Of a DNA stretch of 56,135 bases, positions 35,909 to 46,161 are shown one piece after another (the first letter of the stretch is position 1; each line of letters starts with the position of its first letter). The position numbers were made by a program, and so were the translations under genes. A model generated the notes under the pieces. It did no database searches and was not told the origin of the DNA. It was given only the letters and a program-made list of their open reading frames with translations. The stretch is from an uncultured Desulfobacteraceae bacterium (GTDB lineage: Bacteria; Desulfobacterota; Desulfobacteria; Desulfobacterales; UBA2156): positions 1 to 56,135 of the forward strand of contig CAZQUR010000007.1 of NCBI GenBank assembly GCA_964596535.1, in the 5' to 3' direction.

Positions 35909-37630
35909 TTATTCTTTCAGGGCTTCTTTTGCCGCACGCCGTATCCCGGGATGAAGACTCCGACCTGCCTTTTCAAGGAGCTTTTTTGCCTGGGGAGTGC
36001 CAATGGCCCTGAGAGCCAAAAGAGCGCCCTGAGTTCGGCCGCTTGTGCGAAACAAGTCCTTCCATGTTTGGGTATTTAAAATCTTTTCCAGGAACGGAAG
36101 GGATCGGGAAGACCCACAAAAACCCAATGATTTGAAGCAGGCAACGAGATGGTCTCTTTCTTCCAGCTTCGAGCCGATGCCCTGCAAGTAATCCAGAAGC
36201 ATATCCTCCAAAACGGGATTTCGGGAACGCGACACAAATCCCAGGATCAGGCGCCGAACGCGTTCATCGTCATCGTCGATGAGTGGAAAAATTTTGTGAA
36301 TGTTTTCCGGGTTCCGGCGCAGCAAGACCGACGACGCCTCCCGTCGAACCTCAGCGGACGGATGGTGGATCAAGCCCTCCAGTATTCCATCAATGGTTGC
36401 CCCCTTCAGCCGTCCCAATATTGAAACCAGCCGGCGAAGACGGGGTTCTTCAGTGTTTTTCAGCATGGACTCCAGGGGATGCACATCCCGGGATGCCAGT
36501 ACCTCGATCACCGCCGTGAGCATGTCCCTTGCCTTTAAGTCCAGGTTCGGCGTGAGCATTCGGCACAGCGCCGGTATCGCCTCAGGGGGCAGACTGAGGA
36601 GCATCTTTCGAATCTGCGCCAACTCCCCGGCGGAAGGAGTTTCAATCAACGCGTTTTCCATTAAAGACAGCACCGGCCAATCAGACACATCTGTAAAAAA
36701 GCCCTGTACCGTTGTCGAATGCCCGTCCGAGGGATCCGGGTGCCGGCGAGCGATCTCTTCCACTTCCTTGAGCAGTAAAAAGGCTTTTTCCCAATTCCTT
36801 TGAAGGAGAATGTTTTGAAAAAGGGTTTTGAGAGTGGCCAGAAGGAGTTCCAGATCTTTAGAGTCATGTATCTCAAGGAGACTATCAAAGAGGACATTGA
36901 GAAAATCGGTTAACGGATCTTTTTTTTCTTCCTGAATCGTCCATTCAAAAAGGCGTCGAGATTCTTCCGGCGTCAGTTCAACGGCGTCGGGATCAATGGG
37001 TCTGATCCAGCCCGGCGTTCCGGAATCCTCAACATCTCTTTTTCCATCTCCGGAATCCCCTGCCTCCATGGAAGCCTCAACCTGATCGGGATCCCGGCTT
37101 TCCGGCGGAACCGTTTCCTTTTCCGCTTTTTTGCCTATCGAGAAGGCATGGAGTTCCGACTCCGGATCCGTTCCCCAAAAAAGATCCGAAACGACATAAC
37201 GGATATGAGGCAGGCGGGCGTCCCAGAGGGCGGTCACCAGATCCCCTTCCGGCTCATCCGTGAGAATCCAATAGTCATTCAAAAGATCCATGAACGTTTC
37301 CACCTCAACGAAATCGATGCCGTCATGGAATTCCAACGTCTGAATACCGTCCCGAAAAAACACAAAAGGAAGATTTCCCTGCTCCGCCGGCGCGGAATGG
37401 ATCGTTTCCCCGTTAAAGACCAAACGGTCCTTTCCGATTTCAAAACGCAGTTGATGATAGGTTTGTAAAAACTCGAACAGTTCTTGATAGCAACGTTCAA
37501 GGGCGTCACGGCGCTTTTCATGACCTTCCGGATAAAGGGCGTAGCTCTTAATCGCCCGGATAAGGTTCCCAATAACAACTACAGCCGCCTGTCTTTCTCC
37601 ACGGAAGGAAACGGCAGTTGTCTGATCCAT
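35909..37630 (-). CDS. HEAT-repeat protein
   Basis: GGAGG RBS; C-terminal repeats (HPSAEVRREA, DDDERVRR, HPGIRRAA); acidic linker. Confidence 0.8.
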   Translation of the reverse strand: MDQTTAVSFRGERQAAVVVIGNLIRAIKSYALYPEGHEKRRDALERCYQELFEFLQTYHQLRFEIGKDRLVFNGETIHSAPAEQGNLPFVFFRDGIQTLEFHDGIDFVEVETFMDLLNDYWILTDEPEGDLVTALWDARLPHIRYVVSDLFWGTDPESELHAFSIGKKAEKETVPPESRDPDQVEASMEAGDSGDGKRDVEDSGTPGWIRPIDPDAVELTPEESRRLFEWTIQEEKKDPLTDFLNVLFDSLLEIHDSKDLELLLATLKTLFQNILLQRNWEKAFLLLKEVEEIARRHPDPSDGHSTTVQGFFTDVSDWPVLSLMENALIETPSAGELAQIRKMLLSLPPEAIPALCRMLTPNLDLKARDMLTAVIEVLASRDVHPLESMLKNTEEPRLRRLVSILGRLKGATIDGILEGLIHHPSAEVRREASSVLLRRNPENIHKIFPLIDDDDERVRRLILGFVSRSRNPVLEDMLLDYLQGIGSKLEERDHLVACFKSLGFCGSSRSLPFLEKILNTQTWKDLFRTSGRTQGALLALRAIGTPQAKKLLEKAGRSLHPGIRRAAKEALKE

Positions 37631-37941
37631 GGAAACCTCCCTGCCTGTATCGGAGCCCCTTGGGATCGGCGTCATGGAATAACGATGTCCCCAAAGATTC
37701 CATTCGGGCGTAAATTTTCGGCATTCATCATGTCATCAAGACTCATGAATACGTTTGAACCGTTTTTTAACACTGATTTTATCAAAAGAAATTAAAAGTT
37801 TCAATAGCAATCACGCTTCGGTCTTTTGTCTATATCTTGAAATTGGCATTGACGTCACAAACGATATTTGTTACCGGTTTATGGACAGTTATATACGTTT
37901 AGGAAAAGCAATGGCCGCATGAAAAAGGATGAAAGGCGATA

Positions 37942-38856
37942 ATGGCGCACCGGACTTTATCCTACGTACTTTTCCTGTTATTTTTCACGAGGCTTCTTGA
38001 TGTTCATGCGGCGCAGTTGAAGGATGTCCGCATCGGCCTCCACCGGGGATTCAGCCGCGTGGTGTTTCAGCTCGATACCCTGACTGAAATCGAGGGCCCG
38101 GTGATTCAAGGCTCCGGGAAATGTTCTTTAAAATTTAAAAAGACCGAAAGCCCCTTAATATCTCATATCCCCGGCCACCCCAAAGCCCGTGTTGAGGGAA
38201 TTGAACTGATTCAGGACGGAGAAGACCTCATCGCCTATCTCCGGTTGGGGGTCGCCGCCTTTGAAATGAACTCCTTTTCCCTCCCGGATCCCCCGCGAAT
38301 CGTACTCGATATTTATCGGCTCCGGAAACCCCTGAAAAAAGGCTCGGGGATCGTTTCATCGGCGGCCGACCCGGATAATGCCATACCCCACAAGCTCCGT
38401 CTAGGGAAAAAATCCACTGTCGAAGATCGTCCCTTTTCCGACGACGCACTCCCGGTTGAAAGCAATAATCTTAACGCAATGAATGTGGAAGAAACCCCTT
38501 TGCCGGAATCAAAAACAGCCTCGACCTTTCCGGACGTACCGGAAGAAAAAGTTACCGCCGAACCCCTTCCGGCTCCCGTATCGAAACCGCAAACCGCGGA
38601 AAAACCCACCGTCACCGTGGTCCAGACACCTACCGGCCCCCTTCGAACCTATCTGTTGGTGTTATTGGGCATTTCCGTGGTCATGCTGATTCTGTTGAGT
38701 ATATTGGTCTTCAGAAAAAGCGGAGCATTAGAAAACAGGAAAAAAGAGGAAGAACGCGACAGGGAATCCCAATTGGATCACACAGTGGCTGTCATTGATG
38801 AGCGGATCAACCAAAAGCTGGCGGAATTGGATCAAAATTTTCGCAGCCGCCGGTGA
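37942..38856 (+). CDS. AMIN-domain envelope protein with Pro-rich linker and TM helix
   Basis: Signal peptide; DVRIGLH..FSRVVFQL and FSLPDPPRIVLDI; TM segment YLLVLLGISVVMLILLSILVF. Confidence 0.72.
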   Translation: MAHRTLSYVLFLLFFTRLLDVHAAQLKDVRIGLHRGFSRVVFQLDTLTEIEGPVIQGSGKCSLKFKKTESPLISHIPGHPKARVEGIELIQDGEDLIAYLRLGVAAFEMNSFSLPDPPRIVLDIYRLRKPLKKGSGIVSSAADPDNAIPHKLRLGKKSTVEDRPFSDDALPVESNNLNAMNVEETPLPESKTASTFPDVPEEKVTAEPLPAPVSKPQTAEKPTVTVVQTPTGPLRTYLLVLLGISVVMLILLSILVFRKSGALENRKKEEERDRESQLDHTVAVIDERINQKLAELDQNFRSRR

Positions 38857-38873
38857 CTGAGGGGGATCGTGAC

Positions 38874-39308
38874 ATGGATAAAAGTACTTTTCAGATCATA
38901 CCGGAAGGTCCGGAAACGGACGAAGCGCATGATCTTTCACCAAAGGGCGCAAAAACCCCTTTCTCGAAACCTTCCGGAACGGACAGGCGCGAACCCTTAG
39001 CCGTTTTTCCGGCTTCGGAAAACGCCGGCGCATTTCCTACGGGCGGATTGAGTGATGATGAGGTTCGGGATCTGGATGCGCTCATCCGGAATCTGAAAAA
39101 TCCGTCGAAAAAAGTCGATCCCGATGAAACGCATCCGACCGCCGGGGATCAAATCCGCAGCTTGGAACGACAAGTGGCCGAAATGGGTGCGATGCTCCTC
39201 AAGTTCGATGCCGGAGTGAAAACCCTGTTCGAGCTGCTCTACCTTTTCCAACGTAAAAGTGAAATTCTAAATCAGCGCGTTCGGCAACTCGAAATGCGCC
39301 TTCATTGA
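38874..39308 (+). CDS. Hypothetical protein with C-terminal coiled coil
   Basis: GAGG RBS; fills the gap between operonic genes; heptad-like C-terminus. Confidence 0.6.
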   Translation: MDKSTFQIIPEGPETDEAHDLSPKGAKTPFSKPSGTDRREPLAVFPASENAGAFPTGGLSDDEVRDLDALIRNLKNPSKKVDPDETHPTAGDQIRSLERQVAEMGAMLLKFDAGVKTLFELLYLFQRKSEILNQRVRQLEMRLH

Positions 39309-40507
39309 CGGATCAAAAAATGAAAGCAGGGAAAAAAACATTGGAAACGCCGATCGACCGTCACAAAAGTGTCGCCCAGCGCATCGCCGACGGAACCCTT
39401 TCCATCCGATCCCAAAAGGAATTTGACAACCTATTAAAAATTTTTCCGGACCACCCGGTGCTCTTCCGGGCATACGGTGACTTTCTGATGCGCCGGAACG
39501 ATCTTTTTAAGGCCGCAGATGCTTACGGTACGGCAGCCGCCCTGTTTATCGAGGAGGCTGTTCCCCTGCAATCCATTGTGGCGAAGGTGTTGGAATGGGA
39601 AATCGCCAAACCGGCGCACGAAGAAGTGATTGCATTTCATGGGATGCTCAGCCGTATCCGGTCGGAAGAAAAGCCCGCTCTGAACTTCTGGACGCAACTG
39701 AGCTATTCGGAACTGCTTTCTTTTATGCTCAAGCTGACGCTGGTCCGTCTTTCTCCGGAAAAACGCGTCCAAAAGGCCTTCAAAGAGGAAAACAGCCTTT
39801 TCTTCGTCGTTTCCGGTGCCTTGAGGGAAACCGTTTATATGCCCGAAAAAAGAGAGCGCCCGAGGATCCTGCATACCGTGGATCTTACCGAAAACGATTT
39901 TTTCGGAACCATTTATCCTTTCACGGAAAAAGTCGTTTCCACTTCGGATATTCATACCCTCACCCGGGTGGAGTTGATCAAAATCACCCGTTCCCAGTTG
40001 GCGGCGATTTGTAAAACACACCCCGATCTGAATGCCCTGGTGCAGGAACTGTACGAGCGCCGGGAAAAGGTTGGCGAAGATGCACCGCGTCGGACCGTTC
40101 GCCGGAATATCCGGCACCATCTTCCGACCCAAGTCCGGATCAAAGTCTTCAGGGAAGACAGGGGGCAGGCCCCTCTCCTTCTGGAAGGGTTTATCGACAA
40201 CATTTCTTTGGGGGGTGTCTGCGTTTTTTTGAATCAGAAGCTTGGGCGCCCGCTCCTCTCCCAACTACAAAGCCGCAATGTCAAGGTCATCATGAAGCTG
40301 ATCTCCCCGTCGGTGGATTTGACCATATTGGGTGAAATTGTATGGACAAAGGTATTTGATGTAGATAATCGAAAACAAGATGCTTTAGGCATTCAGTTTA
40401 AAGAAATGTCGGATCCGGATCGAGAGCTGTTGGAAGCGTACTGTACCGGCGGCGACGGAGAACAGAACCTGATGTGGGGGTTATGGGAATCCCTGGTCAA
40501 AAAATGA
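39305..40507 (+). CDS. cNMP-binding domain + PilZ domain protein
   Basis: Crp-like EENSLFFVVSGALR...LTENDFFG; PilZ RRNIR (RxxxR), NISLGG and GEIVW...GIQF motifs. Confidence 0.8.
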   Translation: MTDQKMKAGKKTLETPIDRHKSVAQRIADGTLSIRSQKEFDNLLKIFPDHPVLFRAYGDFLMRRNDLFKAADAYGTAAALFIEEAVPLQSIVAKVLEWEIAKPAHEEVIAFHGMLSRIRSEEKPALNFWTQLSYSELLSFMLKLTLVRLSPEKRVQKAFKEENSLFFVVSGALRETVYMPEKRERPRILHTVDLTENDFFGTIYPFTEKVVSTSDIHTLTRVELIKITRSQLAAICKTHPDLNALVQELYERREKVGEDAPRRTVRRNIRHHLPTQVRIKVFREDRGQAPLLLEGFIDNISLGGVCVFLNQKLGRPLLSQLQSRNVKVIMKLISPSVDLTILGEIVWTKVFDVDNRKQDALGIQFKEMSDPDRELLEAYCTGGDGEQNLMWGLWESLVKK

Positions 40508-40552
40508 AGTTGATGGATTGCGCATCAACCGACTTGGGCAAAGGAAAATCCT

Positions 40553-41464
40553 GTGGCGAATGATAAGGACACGCCGACGGTTTGGGCGGTGGGCGGCGGA
40601 AAAGGCGGCGTCGGGAAAAGCGTCATCAGCACCCTGATCGCCTTCTGGCTGTCCCGGTCCGGAAAATCCACCGTATTGATGGATATGGACCTGGGCGGCG
40701 CCAACGTGCATACCCTCATGGGAATTCGAAATCCCTCCCGGACCTTAAACGATTTTGTCTCAAAGAAAGTGAAATCCCTCGACGACGTGTGCATCCCCTC
40801 CGAGGTGGACGGGCTCAGGTTAATCGTCGGAGCAGGAGAAATTCTGTCGCTGGCCAATCCCAAGTTCGCCCAAAAGATCAAAATCATCCGGGCCGTGTAT
40901 GGCCTTGACGCCGATCACGTGATCCTCGATCTGGGGGCGGGGGCCTCCTTTAATATCCTGGATTTTTTCCTCACGGCGGAAAAACAAATCTCGGTCGTCA
41001 CCCCGCAACCCACATCGATTCAAAATGCTTATGCCTTTCTCCGAAGTGCGGTATATCGAAGGTTGAGCCAACTCACGAGCCGCGACCCTTCATTGATGAC
41101 ACTCATCCAAACGGCCATGAATCCTAAAAACGAACTCCAAATGCGCACCATCAAAGAGCTCTGCCAGGTTATCGAGGAATTGGAGGGGGCCGAGTCCGTG
41201 GAGGCATTAAAAAAAGAGATCGCCAGGATCCGGCCGCTGGTGATCACGAACATGGTCCGGGACCCCAATGATAAAAATGCCGGGCGGATCGTCCAGTTGG
41301 TCGCTGAAAAGTACCTCACGATACAGGCAGACGCGGTTTGTGCGGTTTCTTACGATCGACAGGTGGACCGGATGATCTCGGAAATGACACCCCTTGTCCA
41401 ATTGAATCGATCCAGCAGGGTTTTCGCCGACATCCACGATATCTGCAACCGGATGATGCCCTGA
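40553..41464 (+). CDS. MinD/FlhG-family ATPase
   Basis: Deviant Walker A GGGKGGVGKS; DMDLGGAN, LDLGAG and TPQPTSIQNAY motifs. Confidence 0.9.
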   Translation: MANDKDTPTVWAVGGGKGGVGKSVISTLIAFWLSRSGKSTVLMDMDLGGANVHTLMGIRNPSRTLNDFVSKKVKSLDDVCIPSEVDGLRLIVGAGEILSLANPKFAQKIKIIRAVYGLDADHVILDLGAGASFNILDFFLTAEKQISVVTPQPTSIQNAYAFLRSAVYRRLSQLTSRDPSLMTLIQTAMNPKNELQMRTIKELCQVIEELEGAESVEALKKEIARIRPLVITNMVRDPNDKNAGRIVQLVAEKYLTIQADAVCAVSYDRQVDRMISEMTPLVQLNRSSRVFADIHDICNRMMP

Positions 41465-41496
41465 TTCATTTTCCGCGGCCCTGCAAGGCGCTTTTT

Positions 41497-41678
41497 ACAG
41501 ATTCGCTCGCTGATCCCGCAGCCCCGCAAGGCGGGATTTCCGCTTCACGCCACCCGCGAAGCACTGCCGACAGGCAGAACCTGCGGAGAATGCGCGCGCT
41601 GTTGCGGTTCACGGTATATGGTCCTTCTCAAAGGACATGCCGTGGGGGGTCTGAGAACCCAGCCTGCTTCCCCTTTTT
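41497..41678. ncRNA. Unassigned structured non-coding element, copy 2
   Basis: Same orientation and ~85% core identity with copy 1; between convergent genes; GTCCTT/AAGGAC stem and T5 tract. Confidence 0.55.
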
Positions 41679-42538
41679 CCTGTCTCCGGTTTTATGACGG
41701 CGGATCGAAAGCGGTCTTTGCCCGCCCTTTTGGCCTCATACATGAGGCAGTCGGCTGCATTCACCATCTCGGTGATGCTTTGAAGGGGAGCTTCGAACGT
41801 CGCCACCCCGACACTGAACGTCACCGGTAAAGGGGCGTTGGCTCTCAGGTCGGACAACAATCCATACAGTTTTTTAGAAATTGCCGTCGCCTCATCTGCA
41901 CCGGTCTCATTGAGAAATATACAAAACTCATCACCGCCCAATCGAGCCAAAAGGTCAACCGCGCGGATATTTTTTTTCAGGGCCTGGGCAATCTCGTACA
42001 ACAGGCGATCCCCCTGGTCATGCCCCAATCGATCGTTAATGGTCTTGAAATCATCGATATCCAGATAAATAACGGTAAGAGGCGTTCCGTTCCGGCGCGC
42101 CTTTTCCATGTCCCGGTGGGCCAGCTCAACAAATCCCCGTCGATTCAACACCTGTGTCAAGGCATCATTGCGGGCTAAGGCCCTTTGATCCTCCAATGAG
42201 ACCCGCAATTTATCCAGTACGAACGTAATAATCAAAAAGACAAGGAGTCGAAAGGTTTCATTGATGAAAGGAATATACGGATTCGAAAAAGCGTGCAGCA
42301 TCTGGATGTCGGCCGTCAGCCAGGATGCTGCGCTGCAAAGGGAGACCAGGATGCCCGCCAAACGGCTTAGATACCAGACCCCCAGGATGATGGGCAGCAG
42401 ATAAAACAAGGACAAGGCCCACTCGGGTCCGGTGAACAGTCGGATCCATCCGATAAGAAGCGTCACGGTAATGCATCCACTGAAAAAGAGGAGCTTTCGA
42501 CCTGTCTCCCATGAAAAGGCCCTGTCCGAATCGATCAC
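41609..42538 (-). CDS. Membrane-bound diguanylate cyclase (GGDEF)
   Basis: About 4 TM helices; DALT, DIDDFKTINDRLGH, RAVD I-site and RLGGDEF motifs. Confidence 0.93.
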   Translation of the reverse strand: MIDSDRAFSWETGRKLLFFSGCITVTLLIGWIRLFTGPEWALSLFYLLPIILGVWYLSRLAGILVSLCSAASWLTADIQMLHAFSNPYIPFINETFRLLVFLIITFVLDKLRVSLEDQRALARNDALTQVLNRRGFVELAHRDMEKARRNGTPLTVIYLDIDDFKTINDRLGHDQGDRLLYEIAQALKKNIRAVDLLARLGGDEFCIFLNETGADEATAISKKLYGLLSDLRANAPLPVTFSVGVATFEAPLQSITEMVNAADCLMYEAKRAGKDRFRSAVIKPETGKRGSRLGSQTPHGMSFEKDHIP

Positions 42539-42708
42539 GTGCGGTTTTTCCCATCAATGACCGGAACGTTTCCCGCAGTCCTGAAGAGCGGGAAACGGTT
42601 TCCAGTTGATCTGTTTCGTTTTTTGGAAACGTGACAGCGGTTCAATAAAAGCAAAAGATGTCCCTGCAAGCGAAGTGTGGAGGACCATTCGGGCCGGCAG
42701 ATTCCCGT

Positions 42709-45069
42709 TCACGCGGTTTGTTTCTTTTTTAAGTCCCGGAGGCGCTGTCTTTCCTGGATGGGCAGCGTCAGTGTCGGGTCTTTTCGGATACGGACCTTTT
42801 GCATGAAGAAGACGATCACCCACAGGCCGATGCCGATGACATCCACCACATAGGTGGGAAGCTCCGCCCAGAAAACGACCCGGTCGATCAGGTGAGGAAA
42901 GAAAAGCAGCAGCGTGGATGCGGCGGCGAGAATCCATTCATATATCGTCATACCGCACAGGAAGTAGCCCATGGTGAGGCTCCCGAAGGCGATGGTCCCC
43001 AGGATGATGGTGATCCATGTGGAAATCACCTGGAGCCACGGCATGATATGTCCCGGCCCCCCAAGCAGAAAACCCGGGGAAAAGGCGAATAAAAGCGGGC
43101 CTATGTAGAGCATCTTGGCGAACTTGAATGCGGTCCAGCCGGTTTTCCAGGGGTCGGAACCGGCGATGGCGGCGCCGGCATAGGCGGCCACGCACACGGG
43201 CGGCGTGATATTGGAATCCTGGCTGAACCAATACACGATCATGTGGGAAGCGATGAGCACCCACCCGACTTGTGCAGAGATTTCGGCCCGCTGGGGATCC
43301 CCGGGGAGCAGTTCCCCTAAAGGCAGCTGCAGTTCATGGAATCCGATTCCCCACTGGGTCCGGGCGATCATGTCCGTGAGTGCCCCCACTGCCAGGACGG
43401 CCGTGATCAGATACGCCGCGGTGACCGGAACCCCCATCCCCAGCACCAGGGAGGCCAAACCCACCAGCAGTATGGCGATAATCAGGTTCCCGGCGGACAA
43501 CTCGATGATGATCTGGGAAAAGCGCAGGCCGATCCCGGTGAGCTGGATGGTTCCCACGATGATCCCGATAACGCCCACGGTGGCGCCGATGATGAGCGTC
43601 GACGTGGCCCCTCCCACCATGGCATCCCGGATCCGCCGGAATCCCATCCGTTTGTCCGGCGTCAGCCAGCTGACGCCGATACACGAGAGCACCGCCCAAA
43701 AGGCCGAGTATCCCGGAGAGAAACCCATCAGCATCATGACGACAACAACCACCAGCGGCACCGACATGAACCACTGGGTCTTCAGGATCTGCCAGGCCGT
43801 GGGGGCGTCTTCCTCACGGATTCCCACCAGGCCGTAGCGCTTGGCCTCGAAGTGCACCATGATAAATACCGACAAAAAGTAGATCGCCGCCGGAAATATT
43901 GCCATGAGCATGATGTTCACGTAAGGAATTTCTGTCAGTTCGGCCATGATGAAGCCGCCGGCGCCCATGATGGGCGGCATGAACATCCCCCCGATAGACG
44001 CAGACGGTTCGATGGCGCCCGCCACGTGGGGCCTGAATCCCGCCTTTTTCATCAACGGGATCGTAAACGCCCCCGTAGAGACCGTATTGGCGATGGCCGA
44101 CCCGGACACGGAACCGAAAAATCCGGAGGCCATGACCGCCACCTTGGCTGGACCGCCGACGGTCTTTCCGGCGAGGGCCATGGGCAGATCGAGGAAGAAC
44201 CGGCTGGCGCCGGAGGCTTTGAGAAAGGCTCCGAAAAAGATAAAGAGGATGACATAGGTCACCAGGACCGAGGCCATGATCCCGAAGACGCCTTCCTGTT
44301 TGTAATAAATGTGATTGAGGGTTCGGTCCAGCTTGAACCCCGTGTGGGCAAAGGATTTCAAAACAGGCAAGTGGTGCAGGAGATCCCCCCATAAGGCGTA
44401 CAATAAAAACACGACCCCCACCAGCGTCATGGACCAGCCCAGTATGCGGCGGGCCACTTCCAGGGAAATCAGTATGCCGAGGACACCCACCGCCGTGTCC
44501 AGCGGCGTTTCGGAACCCATCCGGTAGTTGATGGCCGCGTATTCGACGATGAAATAACCCACCACTGTCGCGGCGATGAGGGCGGATAGGATGTCCAGGG
44601 CAATGGGTGCCCCCCCCTGGCTTTTCCCCCAATAACGGATGGGGAGAAAAAAAACGAGGGCGGCGATGAGGCTCAACCCCCCATATGCCCAGTTCACCCC
44701 GGTAAAAGGCTCCCGGGCGCCCTGGGTGCCGAATAGAAAATGCAGTATAAAATAAAACAGCATCAGCAACGTCACGAAGGAGATGGCGCAATCGATGAAA
44801 TATCCGGGTTTTTTAATGGGTTGCCGAGTATGGGGCATGTACAGCAGGATCATGATGTAGGTCAGCATCACATAGACGCCCAAATAATATTGGGTGTCCA
44901 CCGGCCGGGCGGCACAGTACATGTAAAAAAAGACCATGAATACACCCATGCCGGAAAAAAGCCACTGCCAGGGGCCTTTCAATGAACGCCCGGTCCGGGC
45001 ATCCTTCTCCACGATTTTTTTGAGCTTTTCCTGATCCACCGCCGAGGTCGGAAGTTCAGATTCCGTCAT
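42709..45069 (-). CDS. TRAP transporter fused 4TM/12TM permease (TAXI type)
   Basis: GGPAKVAV, SGSAIAN, MPPIMGAGGF, LGMGVPVTAAY and SNITPPVC motifs. Confidence 0.93.
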   Translation of the reverse strand: MTESELPTSAVDQEKLKKIVEKDARTGRSLKGPWQWLFSGMGVFMVFFYMYCAARPVDTQYYLGVYVMLTYIMILLYMPHTRQPIKKPGYFIDCAISFVTLLMLFYFILHFLFGTQGAREPFTGVNWAYGGLSLIAALVFFLPIRYWGKSQGGAPIALDILSALIAATVVGYFIVEYAAINYRMGSETPLDTAVGVLGILISLEVARRILGWSMTLVGVVFLLYALWGDLLHHLPVLKSFAHTGFKLDRTLNHIYYKQEGVFGIMASVLVTYVILFIFFGAFLKASGASRFFLDLPMALAGKTVGGPAKVAVMASGFFGSVSGSAIANTVSTGAFTIPLMKKAGFRPHVAGAIEPSASIGGMFMPPIMGAGGFIMAELTEIPYVNIMLMAIFPAAIYFLSVFIMVHFEAKRYGLVGIREEDAPTAWQILKTQWFMSVPLVVVVVMMLMGFSPGYSAFWAVLSCIGVSWLTPDKRMGFRRIRDAMVGGATSTLIIGATVGVIGIIVGTIQLTGIGLRFSQIIIELSAGNLIIAILLVGLASLVLGMGVPVTAAYLITAVLAVGALTDMIARTQWGIGFHELQLPLGELLPGDPQRAEISAQVGWVLIASHMIVYWFSQDSNITPPVCVAAYAGAAIAGSDPWKTGWTAFKFAKMLYIGPLLFAFSPGFLLGGPGHIMPWLQVISTWITIILGTIAFGSLTMGYFLCGMTIYEWILAAASTLLLFFPHLIDRVVFWAELPTYVVDVIGIGLWVIVFFMQKVRIRKDPTLTLPIQERQRLRDLKKKQTA

Positions 45070-45111
45070 ATCCGTTTCTCCTCGCAAAAAATCGGAGTGG
45101 CATTTTTCCAG

Positions 45112-45145
45112 AAAAAGAGGGGAAGCGCATCCGCCCTTCCCCTCT
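45112..45145 (-). terminator. Intra-operon hairpin / terminator between TAXI and permease genes
   Basis: Minus strand AGAGGGGAAG...CTTCCCCTCT followed by TTTT. Confidence 0.6.
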
Positions 45146-45183
45146 GTCTCTCTAGCCGGTGGAATCCGTGACGCGGGATGCCA

Positions 45184-46161
45184 TTACGGCATCAGATGGT
45201 CCGGGATCGTCTTGCCCTGCTCTTTCCAAAATTTCACGGCACCCGGATGGAGGGGGACGGACGCGCCCTTGAAGGCGGTTTCCAGGGTCATTTCCCGGAA
45301 GGTCTTTTTGGCCATTACCATGGCCTGCATCCCTTCTTTGGACCACAGGGTTTTCATGATGGTGTACACCAGGTCTTCGGAAACGTCCTTGTTAACGGTG
45401 AGGATGGTGGAATCCTGGAAGGATTTGCATTCCGGCATCCCTTTGCCGTACGTACCGGGCGGGATGACCGTGGGGGAATAGGCGTATGCTTTGTAAAAAC
45501 CGGTTTTTTCGGCATCCACGCCCACATCCACCAGTGCAATTTTGACCTGGACCGCGGCTTCGATGACGGATGCATTGGGATAGCCCACCAGAACCCAGAA
45601 GGCATCGATTTTTCCATCCTGGAAGTTACTGGCGGCGGCGCTGTATCCCAAGAAACTGGGGTTGAAATTATCCCACATCCCGATGTGACGGAAGAAGCGC
45701 TCCGCGCTGGCTGCAGCCCCCGACCCGGCGTTTCCCAGGGCCACCCGCTTTCCCTTGAGATCCATGGCACTTGTGATACCGGCTTCCGCCCGAACCACCA
45801 ACTGGGCCGGTGCGCCATAAAGGTACCCCATGGAACGGATATTATTGTATTTCTGGGGATCCTGGGGGAGTTCCCCTTTAAAGCCCAGGTCGCTGTCCAC
45901 GGCGTAGCACAGTCCAAAGTCCGATTCGCGGCTGTGTACCCGTTTGACGTTTTCCACGCTGCCTCCCGAACCCACGGAGGTGGCCTTAATGTTCGGATTG
46001 ACCTTGGGAACATATACCGCCATGGCGTTGGTGAAGGTGTTGAAGGTGCCGCCCGTGGGACCTCCGCCGATTTTGATGCTGTATTCCGCCGCCGTAACCG
46101 GACCGATTCCCACCGCCAGAGCGGCCATGACAACCATACTGAACATCCATTTGCTCTTCAT
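45184..46161 (-). CDS. TAXI-family TRAP solute-binding protein
   Basis: Signal peptide; GGPTGGTF, SGGSVEN, LKGKRVALGNAGSG and PLHPGAVKF motifs. Confidence 0.93.
   Translation of the reverse strand: MKSKWMFSMVVMAALAVGIGPVTAAEYSIKIGGGPTGGTFNTFTNAMAVYVPKVNPNIKATSVGSGGSVENVKRVHSRESDFGLCYAVDSDLGFKGELPQDPQKYNNIRSMGYLYGAPAQLVVRAEAGITSAMDLKGKRVALGNAGSGAAASAERFFRHIGMWDNFNPSFLGYSAAASNFQDGKIDAFWVLVGYPNASVIEAAVQVKIALVDVGVDAEKTGFYKAYAYSPTVIPPGTYGKGMPECKSFQDSTILTVNKDVSEDLVYTIMKTLWSKEGMQAMVMAKKTFREMTLETAFKGASVPLHPGAVKFWKEQGKTIPDHLMP

Noticed and set aside
41644-41662. TPP riboswitch-like GGGG..CTGAGA.ACCC
   Set aside because: The downstream CCTGA...GCG.AGGGA half is absent and no gene follows on that strand.
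41609-42538. Hypr GGDEF (3'3'-cGAMP synthase)
   Set aside because: The specificity position is the canonical Asp (GHDQGD), not Ser/Thr.
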